From Mobula birostris (taxonomy: Eukaryota): DNA of 64,000 bases. Position numbers and translations under genes: made by a program. The stretch covers positions 217,974,005-218,038,004 of the forward strand of contig NC_092370.1 in NCBI RefSeq assembly GCF_030028105.1, read 5' to 3'. Shown in pieces: positions 1 to 13,349 of this stretch; position 1 is the first letter of the stretch, and every line of letters begins with the position of its first letter. The notes beneath the pieces were generated by a model. It did not search any database. It was not told the DNA's origin and was given only the letters and a program-made list of their open reading frames with translations.

Positions 1-1418
1 CCACTGGTCTATAATTTCCTGGGCTATCTCTACTCCCTTTCTTGAATAAGGGACAACATCTGCAACCCTGCAATCCTCCAGAACTTCTCCTGTTCCCATT
101 GATGATGCAAACATCATTGCCAGAGGCTCAGCAATCTCCTCCCTTGCCTCACACAGTAGCCTGGGGTATATCTTGTCCGGTCCCGGCAACTTATCCAACT
201 TGGTGCTTTCCAAAAGCTCCAGCACATCCTCTTTCTAAATGTCTATATGCTCAAGCTTTTCAGTCCGCTGTAAGTCATCCCTACAATTGCCAAGGTCCTT
301 TTCCCGTAGTGAATACTGAAGCAAAGTATTCATTAAGTACCCCCGCTATCTCCTCCAGTTCCATACACACTTCTCCCACTCACACTTGATTGGTCCTATT
401 CTCTCACATCTTATCCTCTTGCTCTTCACATACTTGTCGAGTGCCTTGGGGTTTTCCTTAATCCTGCTTGCCAAGGCTCTCCTAATTTCATTCTTAAGCT
501 CCTTCCTGCTGGCCTTATAATTTTCTAGATTTCTATTATTATCTCATTTTTTGAACCTTTCGTAAGCTCTTCTTTCGTTCTGAACTAGATTTACAACAGC
601 CTTTGTACACCATGGTTCCTGTACCCTACCATCCTTTCCCTTTCTGATTGGAACATACCTTTGCAGAACGTCATACAAATATCCCCTGAACATTTGCCAT
701 ATTTCTGCCGTACATTTCTCTGAGAACATCTGCTCCTAATTTATGCTTCCAAGTTCCTGTCTGATAGCTTCATATTTCCCCTTACTCCAATTAAACGTTT
801 TCCTGACTTGTCTGCTTCTATCCCTCTCCAGTGCTATGGTAAAGGAGATAGAATTGTGATCACTATCTCCAAAATGCTCTCCCATTGAAAGACCTGACAC
901 CTGACCAGGTTCATTTCCCAATACCAGATCAGGTACAACCTCTCCTCTTGTTGGCTTATTTACATATTGTGAAAGAAAACCTTCCTGAACACATCTAACA
1001 AACTCCGCCCAATCTAAACCTCTTACTCTAGGGAGGTGCCAATCAATATTGGGGAAATTAAAATCTCCCATCACGACAACCTTATTATTGCACCGTTCCA
1101 GAATCCATCACCCTATTTGCTCGTCGATGTCCCTGATACTATTGGGTGGTCTATATAGGAAAAAAATAACCAGTAAAGTTATTGATCCCTTCCTGTTTCT
1201 AACTTCCACCCACAGAGACTCAGTAGACAATTCCTCCATGACTTCCTCCTTTTCTGCAGCCGTGACACTATCTCTGATTAGCAGTGCCACGCCCCCACCT
1301 CTTTTGCCTCCCTCCCTGTCCTTTCTGAAACATCTAAAGCCTGGCACTCTAAGTAACCATTCCTGCCCCTGAGCCATCCTAGTCTCTGTAATGGCCACAA
1401 CATCATTGCTCCAAGTAC
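1..1418 (-). mobile_element. CR1-type LINE fragment (APE endonuclease/linker), degraded
   Basis: ORFs with VAITET, GDFNFPNIDW and DSDHNSI motifs, broken by frameshifts; runs off the window start. Confidence 0.9.
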
Positions 1419-1535
1419 TGTTCTTGAACCTGGTAGTGTGGGACCTATGACTCCTATACCTATTTCCTGATGGCAGCAGCGTGAAGAGAGGGCTCTGGAG
1501 GCAGTATCCATCATCAAGGACCTCTACCATTTCAC
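1419..1535 (-). mobile_element. Rex/Babar-like LINE 3' fragment
   Basis: LFTLLPSGNRYRSHRSHTTRFKNS, same family as the C-terminus of ORF 61443..61997. Confidence 0.7.
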
Positions 1536-1773
1536 CCACATGCCTTTAAGCAATGATGGTATCTATTTCAGCTGCATACAAATCTATCCAGTTAGATTTC
1601 CAAAATAGTTTCTGTGAATAGCTTATAAATGCAGGTACTCCTCATACTCATGAATGTTACACTAAAAAGCCAGGTTACTTGTGACAGCTTTTGATTGTGA
1701 AAGCCTTACTATTAGCTGAGGAGGCTTCTTTGACAGCTTTACCACATTTAAGTTTGTCTGTTTTTTCCTCAAG

Positions 1774-1921
1774 TGTTTACTAAAGGCCAAGCCACTACGG
1801 GCCAGTACAGGATGTTAGGCAAGGAAGGTGGTTACGTTTGGGTCGAAACTCAAGCCACAGTCATCTACAATGCAAAAAATTCCCAACCTCAGTGCATCGT
1901 TTGTGTGAATTACGTTTTGAG
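1774..1921 (+). CDS. HIF1A: HIF-1alpha exon 8 equivalent (PAS-B/PAC end)
   Basis: Acceptor ttcctcaag|, donor |gtaagg; 148 nt; translates [48 protein letters not shown]. Not in the ORF track; read by eye. Confidence 0.96.
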
Positions 1922-2310
1922 GTAAGGATCTATAATAAAAATATAGTAATGATTCTTGTAGAACAGGAATCATTTTCATACATGGTAGAATGATTGTATG
2001 TCCTTAATAACTAAACATTTGGAAGGACAGGCCTATAAATGTTATTTCCATTGTTTCTGTGTACATACCCATTAATACAAACATCAGGAGGGAAGAATTG
2101 AGACCATTGTAACCCTTCCTGAACAAGTTTGCCCTAATTTCGATGTGGAATGCATGACAAAATCTTGAAACTGACAACTTAATGCACTATTTTAAAAAAA
2201 ATGCAGAAAGCTTGTCTTTTCCCAAGTTGTAGCTCCTTTTGAAAAGATGTGGAATAGGAGCAACTACCTTATTGTGAATAACAGGATAAATATACTAATA
2301 TTTCTTCCAG

Positions 2311-2528
2311 TGGTCTAGTTGAAAAAGAAGTGGTTCTTTCACTGGATCAGACAGAGTGTGTACCAGTACCTGCCGAAAAGTCTGAGGAACCTACTAAAAC
2401 AGCTGATCAATCGACAAATGAAGAGGCCAATGATCTTTTTGACAAACTGAAGGAGGAACCAGAGGCTTTGACTCAACTTGCACCTGCTGCCGGTGATACA
2501 GTTGTCTCGCTGAACTTCAGCCCCTCGG
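2311..2528 (+). CDS. HIF1A: HIF-1alpha exon 9 equivalent (N-ODD, Pro402-equivalent)
   Basis: tttcttccag| ... |gtagga; LFDKLKEEPEALTQLAPAAGDTVVSLNF contains LxxLAP; phase continues from exon 8. Confidence 0.96.
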
Positions 2529-3362
2529 GTAGGAAGTTGTTTCCATGCATACTGTGTGTTTTGTTGATTTTGAATTCTAGGCACTCATATTGTGAGTAGA
2601 CATTTCTTTCATAAATAGAAACTGGTTAAACAATGAAATATAAAGCCCTCAGAGCAAGATTCATTTCCACTTTTCTTTGTGGTTCTAAGGAAAGGAATAA
2701 GGATAACAGATTTGCATTACTATTGAAATACTCCACTTTTGATAAGGCAAAGATAAATCTGAAAAGGCTACAGCCGTTCCAAATGCTGAGAAGTATTGAG
2801 AGTTCCAGCTTGTTTAATTTTCTTTCCCACGGGCAACCTTGTTGCACAACATTAGTTTACCAGGGATGTGACAAAGATAGTAGTGTTTTTGATAGGTCTG
2901 TTCCTTTTCATCCAGGGAATAACTATCATGTGCTGTGAGGCACATAGTAGTAAAAGGCCATATCACCTCTCTTTGAACTTTATAAAATGTGTCCAGTCAT
3001 GGATTCATTTACAGAAATTGGAATTCAAATTTTGTCAGTGATGAACTTTGGAGATCTGAAACATTGACTTCTGCAGTACTTAAATCATTTACATATATTT
3101 TCCAAAGATGAAGACACAGACATCCATCAACATCTTTAACAGTTTACTTGAGAAATTAAAAATCAAGGAATTAGAAAAGGTTAATTAAAACTTGTAAGAT
3201 TCAGCTTCAGCAGATTTCTAATTTGTGTCTTCATAGCTCAAAATATTACCAATAACATGAGTTTATACTAATGAAAAGATTTTAACTTAACGTAAATTTT
3301 CTTGAATTAAGAGGCGAACAGTAAGTTCATTAAGTCTAAATGTAGCTTAAATTTTGTTTTAG

Positions 3363-3640
3363 ATTCAGAAATGCAGCAGTTTGATGATGTCCCTCTTTAC
3401 AATGATGTCATGTTGCCCTCCTCCACTGACCGGAAGACAGTAGACCTGGCACTATCACCCCTCCCTCATCCTGATACAGCAAAGCCGTTATGCAGTAGCA
3501 CAGAGTCGTCCTTGAATTTAGAATCGATGATCAAACTTGAAACGAACCAGGAGCCACTGGAATTTTCATTTACCATTCCACAAATGAATGAACAATCAAG
3601 CAGCTCTTCTTGTCCTTGCAGCAGTCAGAATTCAACACAA
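3363..3640 (+). CDS. HIF1A: HIF-1alpha exon 10 equivalent (ODD)
   Basis: ttgttttag| ... |gtaagt; DVPLYNDVMLPS...IKLETNQEPLEFSFTIPQ. Confidence 0.95.
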
Positions 3641-3679
3641 GTAAGTGTTCTTCAGCAGGCTTTTCAAATACATCATTTA

Positions 3680-4050
3680 CAAGTTTCCCCCGCTATCCGA
3701 AAGTAAAGCGTTCCTCTGAAACCTTTGTAAGCCGAAATGGCATACAGTAAAGAAGCAATTACCATTAATTTATATGGGGAAAAAGATTTTGAGCGTTCCC
3801 AGCCCCCAAAAAATAACCTACCAAATCATACCAAAAATCACCCGCATGCGCACACACACCTGCCCGCGCAAGGCTTCACGGTCATGGTAGTCTTTCACGG
3901 GGTAACCACAAGTTTAAAGCGGGCGCCTTTTTTTGTAAAAGCGAAAATCCTCTTCGGATTTCTTTTGGTTAGCAAAAACAGGTACTAATGTAGGTCTTTC
4001 GTAAAAGCGAAGTGGCGTAAAGCAAACTTTCGTAAAGCGGGGGGCACCTG
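3680..4050. mobile_element. Tc1/mariner-superfamily (Tigger/pogo-like) MITE in HIF1A intron 10
   Basis: TA on both sides; imperfect terminal inverted repeats CAAGTTTCCCCCGCT ... AGCGGGGGGCACCTG; no coding capacity. Confidence 0.75.
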
Positions 4051-4349
4051 TAATTAAATTCCTTTAAATTTGTGTAAGAACTAAAATTGTGTAACTGCTA
4101 AAAGGAACTCTACATTTAGAAATCTTCACTGATGAATTTTTTGAAATGAAACATGCACACATGTTAGAGCACATCTTCAACCATTACTGTGCTGCAGTTA
4201 GATTGGATATATTGAAGTTCTCCTACGGTTTGATTTTGTTTCCCTATACAAGAGGTAGTCCTATTTTTGTTCACAAATTCAATAGTAATAGTACTTTATT
4301 AATTTCCTGATTTGCTTTTACTCCATCTAATCATTAACTATTTTCACAG

Positions 4350-4472
4350 CCAAGTAGTACTTCACCCTACTGCTTTAATGTTGATGCTGACATTTCCAAT
4401 GAGTTCAAACTGGACATAGTGGAAAAGCTTTTTGCAAATGATCCAGAAGCCAAGAATCCCTTCTCTGTTCAG
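4350..4472 (+). CDS. HIF1A: HIF-1alpha exon 11 equivalent (N-TAD start)
   Basis: ttttcacag| ... |gtatga; 123 nt, phase 0-0; [41 protein letters not shown]. Confidence 0.95.
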
Positions 4473-4926
4473 GTATGACAAAATACCTCTATAAAGAATT
4501 GTATTCCAAGTAATGCCAAAATCGCAATAGTACATTACAGAGCAAGGTAGATTCAGTGGGCCAAAAGGCTTAATTCTGCTCCTATATCTTATGGTCTAAG
4601 TAAACTCAGCCGAAACATCAGAGTAGTCCAGAAAGTTCCTGAACACTCCTATTGTATAACCTACCAAGCCAACTACCTGAGCACACTTTTAGTTAAAGTA
4701 CCCTGAGCCACATTAAATTCAAGTTTTCACTTTGAAAATGTAGATCATTTATTGTGAAGATGGAATTCAGAGAGATGGTTTCTGTTTTCGTTATTTTGTT
4801 TCACAGTACAGATAATTAAAACGATATTTTGAATTAGATCGAAGGTATGAATTTAGTTTTAGTCTATTTTAAGCCAAGAGCAAACTTGTGTCAATCTTAA
4901 TATATTTAAATGGTTAATTTCTTCAG

Positions 4927-5354
4927 GATATTGATAACTTGGATTTGGAGATGTTGGCTCCATACATCCCAATGGATGACGATTTTCAGCTACGATCACT
5001 GGACCAACTATCACCACTTGCTGATTCTCCAGCCACACCTCCCAGCGCACAAAGTTTGAACAATGTGGTTGACATCTTTCCACAAGCTGAAAGATCTATT
5101 AATAACACTCCACACAAGAATATGCAAGCATTAAAGCAGGTGGCTTTAAAGATTGAGCCTATGGTTGCAGTTAAGTCTTGCATACGTACAAATGAAATGA
5201 ATGGTACCCAAGAGTCACCATATTGCAAGGACAGCAGCAGAATGACTTCACCTGTTCGGACTGGAGGAAAAGGACTACAGTCACAGCAGAGTGATACTTC
5301 ACATTCACCGAGTCCTGTATCTCCAGTGAAGGCATTGCTTAATTATAGTAAAAG
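4927..5354 (+). CDS. HIF1A: HIF-1alpha exon 12 equivalent (C-ODD, Pro564-equivalent)
   Basis: tttcttcag| ... |gtaacc; [19 protein letters not shown] is the HIF1A-type (not EPAS1-type) VHL-binding motif. Confidence 0.97.
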
Positions 5355-6348
5355 GTAACCTGATTGTTTGTTTTCAGTATTTACTTGTTGAGGAATTGAT
5401 CCCTCCTGCATGTAGTCAGGTGATCACAGTTTTAGGATGGTTTTAATTACAGTCAGCCAGCACGTGAACTGAGAGAATTACACATAATATGCTGATCAGA
5501 AACAGATTAATTGGCTCAACCATTCCATTTCACACCAATCGTTCCTTGTCAAGCTCATCAAGTTTCCTTCTAAATGCATCTATACTGTTCACCTTAATTA
5601 TTGAAAACTGGGAAAATATATTATTGACGAATCTAAATTTGCTGTTTAGCAGAAGTAGAAAAACTCAGTAGACAGAATTGCAACATTTCAAAGACCTCAG
5701 TTCAGGTCTTCACGTTCTCTATTCGACAGAGATCCAGTTAGTTCATTCACCCTCAATGAATATCAAAAATGGATGAGGAAGGGAAAGAGATATGGAGTAA
5801 TTGAAAATACTGTGTCTTTGTCTAGCACTGGCCAAGAAACTCTGCTGTAACTCAATCTGTGACACATTTCCCTATGTCCGCTCCGGAACAAATATTACCT
5901 TGGATGCTGTTTACTTACTTTATTTACTGAAGTACTAATCTCTAAGGGTCTTTTAAGATAATGTACCAGTTTCTTCCAACTCAATTCATTTAAGCCAGTG
6001 ATGTGGTTAATTAATAATTGTATTGTGCATGCATTGTGTGTGTCAATAGGTGATTGTGTTCATGCAAGACTCCTTTGTGGTTTTCTGGGGGCTAGTATTC
6101 CTAGCCTATTCTTAATATTTGCACCTGGTGTATTATTTTTCCGCTGTGTAAAATTCAGCCTTTACTGAGTAAAAGGATTCACTGCAAAATTTGTATGGGT
6201 AAAAGGAAAAATGGCAGTGTAGTAAAGGTAAAGTTTGTATATGTGTATAGTGTGTACAAAGAAAATGCAGCATGCACTAGCAGAGGATTTTAAAGGTCTA
6301 ATATTGTATATTATGTAATTGCACTAAAACTGTTCTGGTTGCTCGAAG

Positions 6349-6466
6349 GTCTGCAAAAGGAAGATCTCCAACTGAAGAGACAAGTCCTCATCCAGTGGCT
6401 TTGCACAATTCACCCAGGAAACGCAAACTGGAAAATGCAGCTTCTCTGTTCCAAGCAGTTGGAATT
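6349..6466 (+). CDS. HIF1A: HIF-1alpha exon 13 equivalent (NLS part 1)
   Basis: Translates ...NSPRKRKLENAASLFQAVGI with donor |gtaggt. The acceptor gctcgaag| is weak but in phase; an in-frame AG at 6362-6363 is an alternative start. Confidence 0.88.
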
Positions 6467-7087
6467 GTAGGTATAGTTTTACACACCTCATGATAAATTT
6501 GCTTAATTGTTCTGATTCCTTCTGCAGTGTGCTATTATGGGGTTTCAGAAGGAATAAAAACCATTGGACAAATGTAGTATGTCTCTACCATAGCTAGAAG
6601 GGATTGAGGTTAAAAAGGAATGGGAATAATGGAAAACAAGTTGGTGACAGAAGAGGTATACAGGCATTTTATATCAGTCTTTACTGAAGTAGATATAAGG
6701 AACCTTTCAGAAATAGCTGTTAATTGAGAATTAGGAAGTGGTACTGAGCAAATTGACAATGCTGCAGGCTGATAGATCACTGGATTCTAGTGGAATTCAT
6801 CTCAAAAGTTAATGGGATTGTTAATACTTGCTTTCAGTTTTCTGAATTCAGTGGTCGTTCCATAGATTGAAAAACAACAAATACAATTTAGTCCAAAAAG
6901 GTGACAGAAAGTAAGAAACTACAGGCCAGTGGTTTGTAGTGGGGGTGTTGTTTAAATATGTTATAAGGGGACATTTTTATTTAAATAATAGTAATTAGGT
7001 AGATTTCCAGAAGCCACTTTCAGGTACTGCATCAAAGGTTATGGTGGAAATTAGAAGTAGTTGGTATTTAAGATAACATTTTGATGG

Positions 7088-7300
7088 GTGTACAAACTCC
7101 TTACAGACAGTGGTGGGAATCGAAGTGTGATCAGTGAATGAGGTTTGATTCTTGCCACTGTCTGTAAGAAGTTTCCAAGTTCTCCCCATGACTGCATGGG
7201 TTTCCTCCAGTTCCTCTGGTTTCCTCCCACATTCCAAAACTCTGTAGTTAGAGTTAGTGCATTGTGGGCACACTGTTTTGGCACTGGAAACGTATGTGGG
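7088..7300. mobile_element. HE1/V-SINE-like fragments, head-to-head
   Basis: Core tgcatgggtttcctccagttcctctggtttcctcccacattccaaa; 7090-7123 is an inverted copy of 7143-7175. Confidence 0.65.
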
Positions 7301-7309
7301 GGTAGATAG

Positions 7310-8205
7310 AAGGGTGGGTTGACAAGTTTGCAGACGACACAAAGTTTGGTGCTGGTGTGGATGGTGTAGAGAATTGTCGAAGATTGCAGAGAGACATTGA
7401 TAGGATGCAGAAGTGGGCTGAGAAGTGGCAGATGGAGTTCAACCCGGAGAAGTGTGAGGTGGTACACTTTGAAAGGACAAACTCCAAGGCATAATACAAA
7501 GTAAATGGAGGATACTTGGAAGTATGGAGGAGCAAAGGGATCTGGGGGTACATGTCCACAGATCCCTGAAAGTTGCCTCACAGGTAGATAGGGTAGTTAA
7601 GAAAGCTTATGGAGTGTTAGCTTTCATAAGTTGAGGGATAGAGTTTAAGAGTCGCGGAGTAATGATGCAGCTCTATAAAACTCTGGTTAGGCCACACTTG
7701 GAGTACTGTGTCCAGTTCTAGTTGCCTCACTATCGGAAGGATGTGGAAGCATTGGAAAGGATACAGAGGAGATTTACCAGGATGCTGCCTGGTTTAGAGA
7801 GTGTGCATTATGATCAGAGATTAAGGGAGCTAGGGCTTTACTCTCTGGAGAGGAGAAGGATAAGAGGAGACATGATAGAGGTATACAAGATATTGAGTGG
7901 ACAGCCAGCGCCTCTTCCCCAGGGCACCATTGCTCAATACGGAGGACATGGCTTTAAGGTAAGGGGTGGGAAGTTCAAGGGGGGTATTAGAGGAAGGTTT
8001 TTTACTCAGAGAGTGGTTGGTTCGTGGAATGCACTGCCTGAGTCAGTGGTGGAGGCAGATACACTAGTGAAGTTTAAGAGACTACTAGACAGGTATATGG
8101 AGGAAGTTAAGGTGGGGGGGGGGGGTTATATGGGAGGCAGGGTTTAAGGGTTGGCACAACATTGTGGGCCAAAGGGCCTGTACTGTGCTGTACTGTTCTA
8201 CGTTC
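7310..8205 (+). mobile_element. CR1 LINE 3' portion (RT C-terminus and 3' tail)
   Basis: KFADDTK, PHYRKDVEALERIQRRFTRMLPG; tail ends ...ctgtactgttcta. Confidence 0.9.
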
Positions 8206-9703
8206 TATGACACTTGCCGGCTGCCCCCAGCACAATCCTTGCACAGTGTTGGTTATTGACACAATACAATGCATTTCACTGCATCTACATGTGACACATA
8301 AAGCTAATCTTATTTTATGGCTAACAGTAGGCAGGTATGTTTCTGGTTGCCCACAGAAGTAATGGTGGGTTTCCACTTGCTCCAGTTTATATACATGACC
8401 TGGATCAAGGCACTGAATAGTCACAGGTAGGTAGAAAAGTATGAAGAGTACACAAGAGGCTAGTAAAGTATATGGATATTTATTTAGATGATCAATTATA
8501 TATAATTGACTATTTTGGCAGGGAACAAAAAGCAGGTGTTTTATCCAAATTGTTATAGTATCTGAATATTTAAGACAGACACAGATAGATTCTTGATAAG
8601 CAAAAGATGAAAACTTACTGAAAGTCAGCACTTATGCAATTGAGAACAATTGATCTTGGAGCAGATTCAGAATTCTAAGTGGTATTTTCCTGAATATGAT
8701 ATCTTTGTAAAATAAAGATAAAATTTTGCATGGAACTAAAGTAGCTAAACTAACTTTGTCTCATCTCTTGCTACTGAATGGGGTCTGAAGCTTAATTTAG
8801 GGGAAATAAATTAATTGATATTTGAAATATTAATTGAAATTAATATTATAACCATATAACTATTTAACAATTACGGCACGGAAACAGGCCATCTTGGCCC
8901 TTCTAGTCTGTGGCGAACTCTTACTCTCACAAATCATAAATCAAAAACTAACAATAATCTGTGCTAGGATGAATTTGTAGTATGTGGCAATTTTAAACAT
9001 TTATACATCTAAAAGGAACTGGATTAATAAAACTCAGAGGTGCAGATCCTCTCAGAATATTGCAACTACAGTGCAACTAAAAGAATAAATTATGGGTTAC
9101 TGCACTAACCAATTTAAAGCAAAAATGTAGATTTATAGCTATTAATCATGATTTGTAATGGAACCATCAGAGTATTCCATTTATTGCATGTAGTCCTGGA
9201 CTTTGACCTGTGGTTATAGGGTGATTGGCATCCATTTCTATAAATATAGTCATGGATATTGATCAGAAGTAAAACAAACTGCAGATGATAGAGATATTTA
9301 GTAATAGTTGTATATAGATAAACAGTTAAAGTTTCAGACTAAACTTAAAGGTTTTTAAAAATTGGGTTTTAAATCGGTAGGTTGTAGTGGAATGAAATAT
9401 CTGATAGGAGACAGGCACCAAATAATTTGGACAGGGGGTGTGGTACAGAAAATAGCTGGTATTAGCTGAGAGAGTGAAGAGAAGTTGCTTCACTCAGCTG
9501 ATCTGCCTCAAGTAAAAGTAAACTGGGAGATGAATGAGCATAGAGAAAAACAAAGTTGCACTTGCAATCTTAATAATGCTAGAACCAAACAGTAATTCAG
9601 AAAGCATTTATGGAGAGAAGCCTTGCATCAGCATTGATGCATATTGGAAAGGCTTGATATCTGAATTCAATAATAATCAATGCTGAGGATTGTAACATGG
9701 CTA

Positions 9704-11286
9704 CAGTGCCTATTAAAAGTATTCACCCCCTCCCCTCGGAATTTTTCACATTTTTTTGCTTTACAACATTGAATCAGAGTGGATTTAATTTGGGTCTTTT
9801 GACACCAATCGACAGAAAAAGACACTTCCTTGACAAAATTAATTATAAATATAAATCACAAAATAATTTATTGCATAAGTATTCACCCCCTTCAAGTCAG
9901 TACTTAGTAGATGCACTTTTGGCAGCAATTGCAGCGTCGAGTCTGTGAGGATAGGTCTCTATCAGCTTTGCACATCTGGTCACTGCAATTTCCCCCCCCA
10001 TTCTTCCTTACAAGACTGCTCAAACTCTGTCAGATTGCATGGGGAGCGTGAGTGAACGGCCCTTTTTAAGCCCCTCCACAAATTCTCGATTGGATTGAGG
10101 TCTGGACTCTTGACTTGGCCATTCCAGGTCATTAACTTTGTTGTTTTTAAGACATTCCTGTGCAGCTTTGGCTTTATGCTTGGGGTTATTGTCTTGCTGG
10201 AAGACAAATCTTCTCTCAAGTCGCAGTTCTCTTGCAGTCTGCATCAGGTTTTCCTCCAGGATTTCCCTGTATTTTGCTGCATTCATTTTACCTTCTACCT
10301 TCACAAGCCATGAAGCATCCCCACAGCATGGTGCAGCAACCTCCATGCTTCATGGTAGAGATGGTGTGTTTATGATGATGTGCGGTGACTGGGTTATGCC
10401 AAACATAGCATTTAATCTGATGGCCAAGAAAATTAATTTTGGTTTCATCAGACCATAGAACCTTCAGAGTCTTCCATGTGCCTTCTGGCAAACTCTAGCT
10501 GAGATTTCATGAGTGTATTTCTTCAACAGTGGCTTTCTCTGGGCCACTCTCCCATAAATCTGCGACTGGTGAAGCACCTGGGCCACAGTTGTTGTATGCA
10601 CAGTCTCTCCCATCTCAGCCACTGAAGCTTGTAACTCCTCCAGAGTTGTCATAGGTCTCTTGGTGGCCTCCCTCACTAGTCCCCTTCTCGCACGGTCACT
10701 CAGTTTTTGATGATGGCCTGTTCTAGGCAGATTTACAGCTGTGCCATATTCTTTCCATTTCTTGATGATTGACTTAACTGTACTCCAAGGAATATCCAGA
10801 GACTTGGAAATTTTCTTGTATCCATGTGCTGACTTGTGCTTTTCAATAACTTCGTGGAGTTGCTTGGAGTGTTCTTTTGTCTTCATGGTGTAGATTTTTG
10901 CCGGGATACTGACTCACCAGCAGTTGGACCTTCCATATACAGGTGTATTTTTACAACAATTGATTGAAACTCCTTGAACGCACACAGGTCTCCAAAAACG
11001 GATCTCCATTTAATTAATGATGTGACTTCTAAAACCAGTTGGCTGCACCAGTGATGATCTAGTGTGTTATTATTAAGGGGGGAGGAGGTGAATACTTATG
11101 CAATCAATCATTTTGTGTTTTATATTTGTAATTAATTTAGATCACTTTGTAGAGATCTGTTTCCACCTTGACACAAAAGTGTCTTTTTTTGTTGATTGGT
11201 ATCAAAAAAGCCAAAACATGACAATAGAAAATAAAACATGAAAATTTCCAAATGGGGTTGGGGCTGTATACTTTTGATAGGCACTG
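9704..11286 (-). mobile_element. Tc1 (Passport-like, IR/DR type) DNA transposon with frameshifted transposase, in HIF1A intron 13
   Basis: TA on both sides; TIRs CAGTGCCTATTAAAAGTAT / ATACTTTTGATAGGCACTG; ORF pieces MKTKEHSKQ...[36 protein letters not shown]. Confidence 0.93.
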
Positions 11287-11329
11287 TAGTTGAAAGACAC
11301 TGTTCCAAGCATGTTATAGTGGACAGAGA

Positions 11330-12330
11330 ATTAGAGTGACAGGCAACTGGAAGCTCTGTGTTGCCCTGACAGCTCATAATATGTAGTCTCTTTTACTTTG
11401 AAGAAACCCATGTCAGCACTGAATGTGAAATATTTAAGTTGGAAGTCAAAGCATGTTGAAGGAGTATATAGGGCAAGTATTGTTAGGATGGGAATTGTCC
11501 TTTGGGAATGACATCACATCAACAATGATCACAGAGAATGATCTACTGTGTGCAGAATCTGTCAAATTGAATAGTAAAGAGAAAAAGAATGTTATTCATG
11601 CTGTTGATGGCTAGCAAGGAAGTGACCCATGTAGTATTGTAACGATGATGAAGAGGAAATAGCCAAGGGGGAAAAGAAACATTGGAAAAACTAGTATGGA
11701 AATTTTCATATTTAGAACAGATGGATTGAAATTCTTGTGAGATGAAGAGCAAGAGATGAACTGTTGTCAGAGACATTTTGAGTCTGAGCTTGTATGTTGA
11801 TTAACTTCTGAAATAGAGATGCCATAAAAGGGAAGAGTTGGATCAGGTGAAGGCAAGAGCATAGTAGAAGTTGGTAATAAGTATGAAGAAACGTGAGTTT
11901 CTGTGTGCAAAACAATCATTGATGTATTGGAAAGGGGCGAGGGAGAGAGGTCCTGGGTAGAACTGAAAAATAACAATAACATTACATAAAAGGGGCAGAT
12001 GGTGCCGTGACCCATGTGGATTCTTGTAGCTAAAATGTGGATATGGAGCTGATGGCAAATTATCAAAACAAGAAAGTGTTCTGTTGGAGAGCTGGTTGGG
12101 CTTTTTTTCATAGGAGAAGCAAATGTGTAGAAAGATTGGATATCCATGGTGAAAATTGATGTACATAAGACCAAGAAACTCAAAATGACTAAGGCAGCAT
12201 ATGTGCTATTATGGAAGTAGATAGGAAAAATGGAGTCAAGAAATATGAATCCTGTACAGAGGTAGAAGTGGGTTCCTGTATGAATTCTGTGCAACAGAGG
12301 GCATTTGAAGAATAGCATCTCGCTCTCCCA
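11330..12330 (-). mobile_element. Highly degraded Penelope-like RT fragment
   Basis: Remnant motifs FTMDIQS, ATRIHMG and QYINDC in broken frames; boundaries approximate. Confidence 0.55.
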
Positions 12331-12932
12331 ATTCCTATGTTGCTGTCTATAACTTCCATAACATATTTACATTCTGTAAATGTCTTGGATTTCATGATTG
12401 TTGAAATTAAATGGTTTCTTCTACATAGAGAAAATGACCACTTTGCAGAACATTTCTTTTCAGTCTGCAAGATTTGCTTCTCACTTTAATTCTTCATTCC
12501 ATTTTGACCTGCATTGTTGGTCTGTAACACTCTTACAGTTGCAGAAGGGTCGTCTTGATAGGCAGGTTAAGTTTTTCAACATTCGTAATCTACAACTGTT
12601 AAATTCAGTCATTCACCTACAGTTTCAACTTTTGTTTTTCTCCCTCCACACATGTATCCTGTATAACCTGCTATCTTTCTGAACATTTTGTGTATTCTTT
12701 GAAATCATTGTGCCTCATAAAAATTTGTATTTGGGTTGTATATTCCCTAATTGGGAATATTTTGACTGCTGTAAATAATACTGCATTGCTTAAAGTAGTG
12801 AAATACAATTGAGTGTTTAAAATTTTAAATGTTTTAAACAAATTTAAGAATGACATGCAAAAGTGTTAATTTTGTTTAATGTTGAGTTACTAGTGAATGA
12901 TGTATCAATGTGAAATTGTTTGTTTTGAACAG

Positions 12933-13050
12933 GAATTATTATTCCCAAGTGACACTAACCCTCAAGTGACTACACCGCAAACGTCGAAGCGTGCAAAAGG
13001 ATTTGATGCCAATAACAGTGAACAGAAGACACTTGTCTTGTTACCCACTG
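12933..13050 (+). CDS. HIF1A: HIF-1alpha exon 14 equivalent (NLS part 2)
   Basis: ttttgaacag| ... |gtgagt; ELLFPSDTNPQVTTPQTSKRAKGFDANNSEQKTLVLLPT; phase fits exons 13 and 15. Confidence 0.92.
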
Positions 13051-13349
13051 GTGAGTATTTTTTATTTCAAGATGCAAGAACAAAATAATTTCCTTGTCCT
13101 ATTATCTGTTTCTCATTCCTAATTGCTTCTGACATACATTTCTGTATATAACAATCAAAAAAAAAGAGGAACAAACCTATACTTTGTCTTGTTGATTTTT
13201 TTCTGGCAAATTTAGATCTGTAGGGAAAGGCAAACTCAGACATTGGGAGCACTTCATAGTTCAAAGGATGATCACAAAATTGATAGGGGAACCTTTAACA
13301 CCATCTCTCAGCTGATAATGCCATTCATAATAAATTAATTACCTTAAGA

